The notes below the pieces were generated by a model. The model did not search any database, had not been told where the DNA came from, and saw only the letters and a program-made list of their open reading frames with translations. Positions 1-8,394 of a stretch of 64,000 nt of DNA are shown here, in pieces (position 1 is the first letter of the stretch; the number at the start of each line of letters is the position of its first letter). Position numbers and translations under genes: made by a program. This DNA comes from a virus (lineage: Duplodnaviria; Caudoviricetes), in the IMG/VR virus record IMGVR_UViG_3300013121_000027, positions 128,001 to 192,000 of that record, one strand, 5' to 3'.

Positions 1-206
1 TAACCTATATTTTCATTAAAGCCAAAATATTTCAAATTATACTTGTGAAAATTTTCCGTTAACCATTCTCTTGTACCGTCAGTAGATGCGTTGTCTGAAA
101 TGTAAATATTCCAAACGCCTGGTTCATAATCGCTATGTAGCGTATCAAGAAGTCTCTCCAGTAATTTCTTCGTGTTGTAGTTCACGATCAAAAGATCCAC
201 TGCCAT
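1..206 (-). CDS. Family 2 glycosyltransferase (GT-A fold), N-terminal part; truncated by window edge
   Basis: Not in the ORF track. Manual translation from ATG at 206 (RBS AGAGGA upstream): MAVDLLIVNYNTKKLLERLLDTLHSDYEPGVWNIYISDNASTDGTREWLTENFHKYNLKYFGFNENIG..., which carries the GT2 signatures IVNYN, DNASTDGT and NENIG. Confidence 0.9.
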   Translation of the reverse strand, partial: MAVDLLIVNYNTKKLLERLLDTLHSDYEPGVWNIYISDNASTDGTREWLTENFHKYNLKYFGFNENIG

Positions 207-471
207 TATTTTCCTCTTCTACTTTCTCTATTCCGTAAAACATTAAATCTAAATCATGAGGTACAAGTAAAACTTTTTTATCTGGAAAAGCTTCTTTCAA
301 ATTCATACTCATATTTTCAAAATCAACACTTTCACTATTGCCGTTAAATCTTGCTATAATAAAATCATTAAAGGATTCGGCTTCAATAGCTTCTATATAA
401 GTTTTTTCTGATTCAATTTGATATATATAAAGCTTAACAAAATTGTTTTTACTCATATCGCCCAAATTCAT
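145..471 (-). CDS. Hypothetical protein (start may be 456)
   Basis: ORF in a tightly packed, overlapping minus-strand operon; 3' end overlaps the GT2 start by about 60 nt. Confidence 0.65.
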   Translation of the reverse strand: MNLGDMSKNNFVKLYIYQIESEKTYIEAIEAESFNDFIIARFNGNSESVDFENMSMNLKEAFPDKKVLLVPHDLDLMFYGIEKVEEENNGSGSFDRELQHEEITGETS

Positions 472-667
472 CCTCTGACGGATCTAAGGTTCTGGTTACC
501 CAATCTTCTATAATCGCAGCGATTGAATACCATGATTCTTTTTCTTCTTCTGGAGAATCAACAGCTAATGAATTATAGACGTCAATGATGTGTTGGAAAA
601 TAGAAGTGTCTGCAACTACACACGCTTCTCCTGGCATCAATTTAATTGTCAGTTTTCTCTTGCTCAT
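449..667 (-). CDS. Hypothetical protein
   Basis: 72-aa ORF overlapping both neighbours, RBS-like GAGGA upstream. Confidence 0.7.
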   Translation of the reverse strand: MSKRKLTIKLMPGEACVVADTSIFQHIIDVYNSLAVDSPEEEKESWYSIAAIIEDWVTRTLDPSEDEFGRYE

Positions 668-881
668 TTTTCAAATCCTCTACCTGCATTTGTTCTTCTG
701 TTAATGGAAAAACACATAGTTCTTTTGTGTCTGGTAAAAATGATACGAATAAAATCTTACGCCCATCGAGAGTACATCCTTTGGGTACTGGCGTTTTAAG
801 TGCTGTCGTTAGATTCGTAGCCGAATAAACTTGAGCAGATTGTTCGTAGCATATTATGTAATTAGTCTTAGCTGCGGGCAT
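642..881 (-). CDS. Hypothetical protein
   Basis: 79-aa ORF in the operon. Confidence 0.65.
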   Translation of the reverse strand: MPAAKTNYIICYEQSAQVYSATNLTTALKTPVPKGCTLDGRKILFVSFLPDTKELCVFPLTEEQMQVEDLKNEQEKTDN

Positions 882-1065
882 AATTAAAAAGTCCTAACCC
901 AGCAAGTGCTGTGCCTATTGACATACATGTTATCAAGAATGAATAGAAATGCAACATCCATACATTTTGTATTTTCTCTTGTAAATGTGCGGTGAACGAT
1001 ACATTAAAAGCCCAAACAAGAAAAAAGGCAGAAAATAAGAAACATAATACAGATAGATATATCAT
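868..1065 (-). CDS. Small membrane protein (2 predicted TM helices)
   Basis: Two hydrophobic stretches; ATGA overlap with the thyX stop. Confidence 0.65.
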   Translation of the reverse strand: MIYLSVLCFLFSAFFLVWAFNVSFTAHLQEKIQNVWMLHFYSFLITCMSIGTALAGLGLFNYARS

Positions 1066-1808
1066 AGTGCGAAAGCTCCCAACGTCACAGGGAAAAGTGG
1101 TTGTATTATCTTATACACGGCTTTTGCGTAGTCTTGTATTTCTACTTGCGCGTCTTCTGCTAATCTCTGTGAGAGAAAATGAAGTACAGATTGAAGACTC
1201 GCTGACCATCTATAATTTACATAGAGCCCATAAGCCGGAAGAAAAAGTCGCGCTTGTTCAGCGCAAATACTGTTATCCATAGCCCAACGATAATGCGACA
1301 ATTGACGCTCAACATCCTCCATCAATAACTGAAAGGCTAATCCGCCAATTTCAAATGAAACAATATCACCAGACCCCTGCTTTTTATTCTCTGGCGCAGA
1401 ACGCCATTGATCTGGACCGGGAATATAAAATTCCTCATCTGAGGTCACATAGCGGCGACTTGATTCATTCCAAGAGTCCATTGTATGATCACTACCAACA
1501 ATGTACTTCCAATGTTGGCGAGCTACCATGAGCGGTGCTTTAAATTCGAACGTAATAAACGCATGGCGGAAGGGACTAAAGTGTCCTTCCTTTAATAGAA
1601 AAGCTATAAGTCGAGCGTCTGCTTGATTAAGCTCAGTGCTTTCTTTAGCGAACGAAGCTCGTGCAGCATTTACCACTGATAAATCAGATCCCATAAAATC
1701 GACCCGTCTGACATACCCCTTATCCAATACTGGTATCAATACTGGTCTATCGGAATCGTCAATCTGTAATTCGTGTAGGTTAAGTGTGGCTGGATATAAA
1801 TTTTTCAC
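1062..1808 (-). CDS. thyX: Flavin-dependent thymidylate synthase
   Basis: Motifs VVNAARASF, GHFSPFRH, PLMVARQHWKY...SWNESSRRY, AEQARLFLP, LHFLSQRL..DAQVEI. Confidence 0.95.
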   Translation of the reverse strand: MKNLYPATLNLHELQIDDSDRPVLIPVLDKGYVRRVDFMGSDLSVVNAARASFAKESTELNQADARLIAFLLKEGHFSPFRHAFITFEFKAPLMVARQHWKYIVGSDHTMDSWNESSRRYVTSDEEFYIPGPDQWRSAPENKKQGSGDIVSFEIGGLAFQLLMEDVERQLSHYRWAMDNSICAEQARLFLPAYGLYVNYRWSASLQSVLHFLSQRLAEDAQVEIQDYAKAVYKIIQPLFPVTLGAFAL

Positions 1809-2140
1809 TCTTCATCCTCGTCATCATATTCATCATCATCTTCGTCATCTTCATCGTCAAATTCATTCTCAAAAAATTCTTCACAAAACTTTTCTGCCGC
1901 ATAGAACATTTCTTTTGCGTACAAAATTGCTTCGTCCGAAAGTGCTGGGTGTTCCACTTCGTCTTCCTCAAAGGAAGAAAAGAAATCATGAATGAATTCA
2001 GTTATAACAAAAAGTGCCTGAGAAAGATTCTTAATTCCAACGTGTAATTCTTTTACATTCATTTCATTAACGCTTGCGTCTGAAATATCCTGCAGATTAC
2101 TATTGGTTATAATTTCCATAAACTCATCGTCTGAGGGCAT
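1805..2140 (-). CDS. Highly acidic small protein with D/E tail
   Basis: RBS AGGAG; C-terminus EFDDEDDEDDDEYDDEDEE. Confidence 0.8.
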   Translation of the reverse strand: MPSDDEFMEIITNSNLQDISDASVNEMNVKELHVGIKNLSQALFVITEFIHDFFSSFEEDEVEHPALSDEAILYAKEMFYAAEKFCEEFFENEFDDEDDEDDDEYDDEDEE

Positions 2141-2159
2141 ACTAACTCCTAAAATAATT

Positions 2160-2180
2160 AAAGGGAGGTTTTACCCTCCC
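2160..2180 (-). terminator. Short GC hairpin with U-rich tail
   Basis: Minus strand GGGAGG-GTAAAA-CCTCCC-TTTAATTATTTT. Confidence 0.6.
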
Positions 2181-2184
2181 CCTA

Positions 2185-2213
2185 ATTATACCTTGTTATC
2201 TTTCTATTTTCAA
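2185..2213 (-). promoter_or_regulatory. Sigma70/SigA-type promoter
   Basis: TTGAAA-N17-TATAAT on the minus strand. Confidence 0.75.
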
Positions 2214-2464
2214 TCGTTTAGACTTGCAAAGCCTCTGTCATCTTGAATCATTTCTACTAACTCATAACCATCTTCTGACAATCCATCAAGATAGTCTGCA
2301 AAGGCACGAGCCATGTCAGCCGCTTCACCTAGGGAAGAAGCCCCATCCAAAATATACTGCGCCCGAACGACAACAGTATTAACATCTAATGATTCCGATC
2401 CATCAAATCCTTCCTCGTCATCTAAGAGGAAGGCATTAAAGAGTTCGTCCATTTTGATTGTCAT
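2210..2464 (-). CDS. Small acidic hypothetical protein
   Basis: 84 aa, RBS-like AAAGGG, very D/E-rich; RAQYILDGA..LGEAA...L..DGYEL...QDD segment. Confidence 0.75.
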   Translation of the reverse strand: MTIKMDELFNAFLLDDEEGFDGSESLDVNTVVVRAQYILDGASSLGEAADMARAFADYLDGLSEDGYELVEMIQDDRGFASLND

Positions 2465-2553
2465 TATTACCCTTTCGGAGTTGTTTTCTGTCAGGGCAGA
2501 ATATCACTGTTTTGATCAAAGCGCAACCTTTAATTATTACATTTTAATTACAG

Positions 2554-5031
2554 TCAGCCACATTTTGAACTACCGCAAGACTTACAAATCATACAGCCCT
2601 CTTGATATATCAAATCTTGCGCACCGCATTCTAAGCACTTTTTGTCTATCTTGGTACCATCTTCGATATAATGCTTTAGAACGCGGCTAACAGCCTTAGA
2701 GAAGCTAAAGAGGTCGTCCTCTTTCTCTGCTCCCTTTTGAATCTGCTCAACTACGAATCTAACATCGGTTCCATGTCTAAGCGCTAATGAGATAGTTCTT
2801 GTGAATGCTGAGTATGTAGCGTTGTCGAAAAGTGTGGCTATATCTTTCAGTACTGTCTCATTATCTTCATCTTCTTCATAATCATAATGAAAATCGTATC
2901 TGGCTTTAGGTGTTGTAGGACCATTATGCTTTACAGTTTTTCCATGCTTAACTCTCTTGGGCATAGTGACATTAGTAGAAAGACCGCCCATTATTTCATA
3001 TGGTCTTCCCTCAAGTAACCCAACAAAGAAAGTCCATTTCTCCCCCTGCACTGTCATATGATGCACTTCGCAGGGTAAAACGATTGGTCTTTTAGGAGCA
3101 TGATGTATATGAATTTGTGGTTTATCTTCTTTGTTTTGTTTTGGAGCGTTAGAAACAAGAACGCCAGAACGAGAACCATCACGATAGATCGTTACACCCT
3201 TGGTTCCCAATTCCCAACCAGTCATATAAATATCTTTAACGGTCTCTATTGAGACATCTTCTGGAAGATTGGTAGTATTTGAAATAGCATGGCAAACCCA
3301 TTTTTGAGCCGCCGCCTGAATTTTTACTTTCTGGAGCCAATCGATATCATTCGCAGTTGATTGATAATACGGCGAATCTTCCACGTCTTCCTTACCGGTT
3401 ATCTCCATCCATTTCTTAAACCAATGATGATAAACAGGAAACTCTAACCATTTATCCCCCATCTCATCTATGAAATCGGGTTTGACATCTCCGTCATTCG
3501 GATTAATTTTCTTACGACGTGTATACGACAAAGAAAATACGGGTTCAATACCAGAAGTAGTTTGTGTTTCAAGAGAAACAGAACCCGCTGGAGCCGTAGT
3601 GGTAAGTGCTATATTGCGTCTGCCATACTTCTTCCATTCATCAGTCAATCCTGGTATTTGACTAACGATTTGGTTGATGAATACGTGATTTTTTTCCAAT
3701 TCATAATCATAAGCAGGGAACGTACCGCGCTCTTTCGCTAATTCAATAGTTGACTCATAACAACCAATAGCTAATTCCTTATAGATATTCTCCACCACTT
3801 CTATACTCTCATCTGAACCGTAGCGTATATTCAAACCAGCAATCGCGTCTCCGATAGCTGTAAGACCAGTACCAGTACGACGACCATTAACACACGCATG
3901 GCGTATTTTTTGCCATAGGGAACGTTCGATTGCCTTAACGTCCTCTGGCTCTGGATCTATATCTATCTTTGACAGGATCTTATCGATACATTCAATTTCA
4001 AGATCAACCATGTCATCCATCAAGCGTTGCGCTCTAATACATACATTTCTAAAAAGGGGGAAATTGAACTTTGCGGCTGGCGTAAATGGATTCTCCACAA
4101 AGGATACAGTATTAACTAATAATAGACGGCAACTGTCATATGGACTAAGTACAATTTCTCCACATGGATTTGTTGATATCGAGCTAAATTCTGGATATGC
4201 ATCTGCTGGAGTTCTACGTTGTACCGTATCCCAAAATAGAAGACCTGGCTCGGCGCTATCATGTGCGGCAGTTATAATCTGATCCCATATGGATCGTGCA
4301 TTTACTTTTTTGACAATTGTTGGATAAGGCGAATCTACCGGAAATCGTAATTCAACATCGGTATCGTCTTTCACCGCCTGCATGAACTCATCCGTTAATC
4401 GGATTGAAATATTGGCTCCAGTGACCTTGGTCTTATCTCCCTTAATATGAATAAATGTTTCAATCTCTGGATGATGTACCGAGATAGAGAGCATGAGAGC
4501 CCCGCGTCTGCCTCCCTGAGCGACTTCGCGACAGGTGTTGGAGAATCGCTCCATAAACACGCCAATACCATCTGTGGTCTTTGCTGCGTTAGCCGTGCCA
4601 AGACCCTTAGGTCGAATGGTTGAGATATCAAATCCAACCCCACCACGACGCTTCATTATCTGTGCTTCTTCTTGATCCGTCTTTAGGATCCCGGCATAAC
4701 TGTCAAATGGCGCATCGATAACAAAACAATTAGAGATAGACATATTCTGATATGGATTACCAATACCAGCCATTGGGGAACCTTGCGGAACTATATACTT
4801 AAAATCTTTGAACAATTCAAATATCTCGTCTTCTGACATTGGATTTGAATATTTTTGTTCAATACGAGCAAATTCTTTAGCCAGTCTGCGATGCATATCA
4901 TCTGGCGTTTCTTCTAAAAGATTTCCTTGAGGATCTGTAAGTGCATACTTTCCAAGGAAAACATTTGCTGCTAAATCATCTCCCTCAAAATACTTAGTGG
5001 ACATTTCTAATGCTTCACTGCGCACTACCAT
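2554..5031 (-). CDS. nrdJ: Class II (adenosylcobalamin-dependent) ribonucleotide reductase
   Basis: SNCFV, KRRGGVG, QGGRRGALM, TNPCGEI, RRTGTG, TTAPAGSVS..TTSGIEP, KGVTIYRDGSR, C-terminal CxxC...EGC..CxxCG..KC; no intein or intron seen. Confidence 0.93.
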   Translation of the reverse strand: MVVRSEALEMSTKYFEGDDLAANVFLGKYALTDPQGNLLEETPDDMHRRLAKEFARIEQKYSNPMSEDEIFELFKDFKYIVPQGSPMAGIGNPYQNMSISNCFVIDAPFDSYAGILKTDQEEAQIMKRRGGVGFDISTIRPKGLGTANAAKTTDGIGVFMERFSNTCREVAQGGRRGALMLSISVHHPEIETFIHIKGDKTKVTGANISIRLTDEFMQAVKDDTDVELRFPVDSPYPTIVKKVNARSIWDQIITAAHDSAEPGLLFWDTVQRRTPADAYPEFSSISTNPCGEIVLSPYDSCRLLLVNTVSFVENPFTPAAKFNFPLFRNVCIRAQRLMDDMVDLEIECIDKILSKIDIDPEPEDVKAIERSLWQKIRHACVNGRRTGTGLTAIGDAIAGLNIRYGSDESIEVVENIYKELAIGCYESTIELAKERGTFPAYDYELEKNHVFINQIVSQIPGLTDEWKKYGRRNIALTTTAPAGSVSLETQTTSGIEPVFSLSYTRRKKINPNDGDVKPDFIDEMGDKWLEFPVYHHWFKKWMEITGKEDVEDSPYYQSTANDIDWLQKVKIQAAAQKWVCHAISNTTNLPEDVSIETVKDIYMTGWELGTKGVTIYRDGSRSGVLVSNAPKQNKEDKPQIHIHHAPKRPIVLPCEVHHMTVQGEKWTFFVGLLEGRPYEIMGGLSTNVTMPKRVKHGKTVKHNGPTTPKARYDFHYDYEEDEDNETVLKDIATLFDNATYSAFTRTISLALRHGTDVRFVVEQIQKGAEKEDDLFSFSKAVSRVLKHYIEDGTKIDKKCLECGAQDLIYQEGCMICKSCGSSKCG

Positions 5032-5731
5032 TTGAGACTTCTTTCCCTATATATTTAATAAGATTACTACCGCTGTTTTTTAATTTCATTATTTCATGAG
5101 TCTTTATTTCTAAGAGTTGTTTTTCGGAATAAACTTCATGAATTAGTCGTTCAAAAAAATATCCACTACGCCAATGAGGCAGTCTTTTTATCTTAGTAGA
5201 ATATTCTGGTTTCTCAAAAACTCCACAAATAACTCTACCACCATAAATATATACAAGATTTTGTAACTTCTCAGTAGATATCGTAGACTCTATAGTAGCG
5301 TTCTTTTCTTCTGCTTCTTGCATAAGCCAATTGAACGCTTGTCTTGTAATTGGATTGTAATGAAGAGGATATATAATACCTAAATCTAAACATTTATTTC
5401 GTATATCTTCAATCTTTTGGTCTGTTATATATATATCTCTTAACTCTGCTATCCAATCACGAGAGTTGTATTGCTGCCATTTAAAACACCAATTAAAAAG
5501 ATTAACTAAATCCGTATTCTTAAAAGCGGTAGGTTCATATTTGGGTAACATGGCAGAGAAAGCTACTCTTTTCCATTTCTCTTCTGTGCTGATACCCAAA
5601 GATCTTAAGTTGTTCAATATTGGAGACCAATCTATATCAGCCACATACAATGAAAGATATTTTTCTCGATCTATATTTACAATCTCCGGTAGGGCTTTTC
5701 TATCCTCAACGGATAAGCCATTCTCTTTCAC
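5015..5731 (-). CDS. Hypothetical protein (~238 aa), co-transcribed with nrdJ
   Basis: GTG at 5731 follows an AGGAG RBS; the longer track start (5779) lies inside a hairpin. Confidence 0.75.
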   Translation of the reverse strand: MKENGLSVEDRKALPEIVNIDREKYLSLYVADIDWSPILNNLRSLGISTEEKWKRVAFSAMLPKYEPTAFKNTDLVNLFNWCFKWQQYNSRDWIAELRDIYITDQKIEDIRNKCLDLGIIYPLHYNPITRQAFNWLMQEAEEKNATIESTISTEKLQNLVYIYGGRVICGVFEKPEYSTKIKRLPHWRSGYFFERLIHEVYSEKQLLEIKTHEIMKLKNSGSNLIKYIGKEVSNGSAQ

Positions 5732-5756
5732 TTTTACTCCTGAACATCTCTTATAG

Positions 5757-5794
5757 AAAACAGTACCCCTTCTACTCAACGTAGAAGGGGACTG
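5757..5794 (-). terminator. Rho-independent terminator-like hairpin
   Basis: Minus strand CAGT-CCCCTTCTAC-GTTGA-GTAGAAGGGG-(T)ACTG-TTTT. Confidence 0.75.
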
Positions 5795-5811
5795 AAATTT
5801 AAGCTACTTTT

Positions 5812-5840
5812 AGTATAGTGCACATAGCTGGAGATGACAA
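5812..5840 (-). promoter_or_regulatory. Sigma70/SigA-type promoter for the nucleotide-metabolism block
   Basis: TTGTCA-N17-TATACT on the minus strand. Confidence 0.75.
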
Positions 5841-5846
5841 CTGTTT

Positions 5847-6095
5847 TCAGATTTTTTTTCTAAGTTCCTTGACTGAATCTCTTGCGTTCTTGCTTAAAAA
5901 CAAATGATGAATAAGAACACTCCAACTTAATACTGTAAGAGGAAGTTTGAATGGATCCTGTAAAGCTTGCCAAAGTGCTGTTGACATCGTTTCTGCTTTT
6001 TTGGTTTTGATCGCAATAATATCATAAGTCGCTATAGCAAAAGCCATAGTAATCCAGGCGTACTCTCCAGTGGTTATTCTTTTTGTTTTATTCAT
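5847..6095 (-). CDS. Small 2-TM membrane protein (holin-like candidate)
   Basis: Two hydrophobic helices and a basic C-terminus, at the end of the structural operon. Confidence 0.6.
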   Translation of the reverse strand: MNKTKRITTGEYAWITMAFAIATYDIIAIKTKKAETMSTALWQALQDPFKLPLTVLSWSVLIHHLFLSKNARDSVKELRKKI

Positions 6096-6104
6096 ACTAC
6101 GCTA

Positions 6105-6680
6105 TTATAGCGCCTTAGCGGAAGGAACACCAGCCCATTCATTGATCTTATTGCGTCCGTAGTCGCTTTCTGTATTAGCTTGTCCACCATCATACAGAGC
6201 GCCGTCAGTAACACCCTTATAGGTATAGGGCTCAAATGCACCACCATAAGAAACATTTATCCTATGAGCATGCCCAGTACCGATTGCGACATCGGCAGAA
6301 GTAACACCATCAAAAACATAATTATTGTAATTACCATAGTATAAACTTCTTTGAGCATGACCATATCCGCTTGGAAATGCTGGAACTGTTCCTTTATACT
6401 CCAGCATTTTAAGTCTGGCATAATCAAGTCTCTCCCCGCCACCAGCTCCGGACATAGGAGCAATATGACGTCCGCCAGCATAAATATACTCAAGGATACG
6501 AGCATGCTTTACTGTACCAAGGGTATACTCATTGTCTGGGAAACCAGTTAAAACGCTGTCGGATGTCGACATAAGCGACCAGTTAGAATAAACGCCGACT
6601 TCACTGGTGTAAGTGTTGATCCAGTTATTGGTGTTGTCGCCTTGAAGGACTGGGCGATAGCCCACATAATAGGTTGTCAT
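6105..6680 (-). CDS. Gly/Tyr-rich putative virion protein
   Basis: Strong RBS AGGAG; internal repeats (YGHAQR/TGHAHR; FDGVT/YKGVT/YKGTV); preceded by its own TACTATAT motif. Confidence 0.75.
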   Translation of the reverse strand: MTTYYVGYRPVLQGDNTNNWINTYTSEVGVYSNWSLMSTSDSVLTGFPDNEYTLGTVKHARILEYIYAGGRHIAPMSGAGGGERLDYARLKMLEYKGTVPAFPSGYGHAQRSLYYGNYNNYVFDGVTSADVAIGTGHAHRINVSYGGAFEPYTYKGVTDGALYDGGQANTESDYGRNKINEWAGVPSAKAL

Positions 6681-6706
6681 ATTGTATATCTCCTATGTTA
6701 AGATTT

Positions 6707-6767
6707 ATGGCGTATGGAGCTATGGCAACTATAATGCGATCCTAAGGAAATAGCCCCATACGCTCAT
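6707..6767 (-). other. Structured 5' leader (14-bp stem)
   Basis: GCGUAUGGGGCUAU pairs with AUAGCUCCAUACGC (one G-U pair, which works only on the minus strand). Confidence 0.65.
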
Positions 6768-6769
6768 TC

Positions 6770-6777
6770 ATATAGTA
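6770..6777 (-). promoter_or_regulatory. Putative phage late-promoter motif TACTATAT
   Basis: Identical octamer in three intergenic gaps upstream of structural genes (6770, 55620, 58834). Confidence 0.65.
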
Positions 6778-6778
6778 A

Positions 6779-8041
6779 TCAGGTATATTTAAGAATCAAT
6801 CCCGATAAACTTGGTGAGCCACCCAATTCCGTTTTATTAAGAGTAACCTCGACCCATACCCTCTTGCTCAGCGGTACAGGAGTTAGGGTATAAGAACCAC
6901 TATTGTAAGAGGTTTCCCATATAACTCTTGAAGAAAAGCACGTGCTCACTGAGTTTTCTGGTATATTCCAAATCTGCGGAGTGAGGCTTGTTATGTTTGA
7001 AATGGTAGACCCGTTTGGTGCGTCAAATCTTATCATGGCTTTACCCGAATTTAAGAACTTGTCATAGCGAATATCTAATTTTGACATGCCATAAGAATAA
7101 ATATACTTGCCATTTTCGCTAAAACTATTCTTTTGTCTTAGTTTGAATCTAATTCCAGTTATTGGAAGTGGATCGAAATAAAAATTCTTCATTCCAGAAC
7201 TTAGAATTTCGTCACCAGACCATCCACCGGGAATAATATTGCCTGCCGCACCAGGCACATTGTAATAATGGGATAGATTATTAAAGACAGTCCATTGATT
7301 ACTTGCCGCCCCAAAAATAACATTTGTATCAGTAGTATAAGCTATCTCAAGAACATCTATAGATTTTAATGGGAAGGGAGTAAAAGATAGGCTATTAATG
7401 TCTGGAGTAATGGCGAGATCTGACGGAATTCTCACATACAGATAACATTGAGCCCCATTAGATAGATTTTGCGTAGTTGTTATAACGTTTCTTTCCCAGA
7501 TTTTACCGACCCTTGACATAAGAGCGTTATACGGTTGCGAAGTGTCTATTATAGCAGAGGCGTTATCTGCCGATGATTGGATCGGAGAAACGAACATTTC
7601 TAATGATGCCGGAATATTAAATGTGCCATTATCGTCTGTGTACTTAATTTTTGATAATGAACTTGATTCAACAAGTGGAAGGGTTAAGACGTTATACGGA
7701 TCATGGTAGGTGCATCTATCCACTGAATTGATTGTGAAAGATGGGGCAGAATCAAATCTGGCATTATCAATTTGATCCGCATCCACAAAAGCAATGGAGC
7801 TATTTGCCTGCTCCAATGCTAATAATCTATCTTCAAATGTTTCTATAAAATTAAGAAGACTTAAAGAATCTTTAATTGAAATTAAAAACCCATTATTCAT
7901 ATCGGCATTAAGACTAGCGATTTTATTGCGAAGAAAAACTAAATCTTTATATTCTTCTTCTATCCTCGCATTATAATCATCGCTATTTTGCGGACCTCTA
8001 AACTGAAATTTTCTTCTTTGCGTATAAGGTACATCAGCCAT
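6779..8041 (-). CDS. Virion/baseplate structural protein (paralog cluster)
   Basis: N-terminal RGPQNSDDYN plus coiled coil; beta-rich body; shares motifs with neighbours. Confidence 0.75.
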   Translation of the reverse strand: MADVPYTQRRKFQFRGPQNSDDYNARIEEEYKDLVFLRNKIASLNADMNNGFLISIKDSLSLLNFIETFEDRLLALEQANSSIAFVDADQIDNARFDSAPSFTINSVDRCTYHDPYNVLTLPLVESSSLSKIKYTDDNGTFNIPASLEMFVSPIQSSADNASAIIDTSQPYNALMSRVGKIWERNVITTTQNLSNGAQCYLYVRIPSDLAITPDINSLSFTPFPLKSIDVLEIAYTTDTNVIFGAASNQWTVFNNLSHYYNVPGAAGNIIPGGWSGDEILSSGMKNFYFDPLPITGIRFKLRQKNSFSENGKYIYSYGMSKLDIRYDKFLNSGKAMIRFDAPNGSTISNITSLTPQIWNIPENSVSTCFSSRVIWETSYNSGSYTLTPVPLSKRVWVEVTLNKTELGGSPSLSGLILKYT

Positions 8042-8394
8042 TATGCTAAGCCTTTCTCAATGATTTCTAATCTCGTATTGAGAGAATCAATTCTACTGCA
8101 TAGATCTGCCATTCCATTTAAAGAAATAGAATTAGGAGTAGCATCTCCGGAAAGATAAATTGAAATTGTTTCATTCGATCCATCTGCTAAAATAGATAAT
8201 TTTTCTAATAAATCAGTTTCTAAATCAGTCTCTTTTGCGAAAAGATTATAAACATCATAGGCAAAAAGCCCAGATTCTAAATTTAATCTTTCGCTATTCA
8301 TAGGTGATCTTAAGGCTTGACGCAACCTAATATAATTTGGCTGATAGAAGCTCGTAGTCGTATTATAAAATTGCGATAGAAAAGAAATGCTCAT
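8041..8394 (-). CDS. Small coiled-coil structural protein (paralog of the neighbours' N-termini)
   Basis: LRSPMNSERLN motif; contains DATP. Confidence 0.7.
   Translation of the reverse strand: MSISFLSQFYNTTTSFYQPNYIRLRQALRSPMNSERLNLESGLFAYDVYNLFAKETDLETDLLEKLSILADGSNETISIYLSGDATPNSISLNGMADLCSRIDSLNTRLEIIEKGLA

Noticed and set aside
2554-5031. Intein or intron in nrdJ
   Set aside because: Length and motif spacing are normal and there is no splice-junction signature
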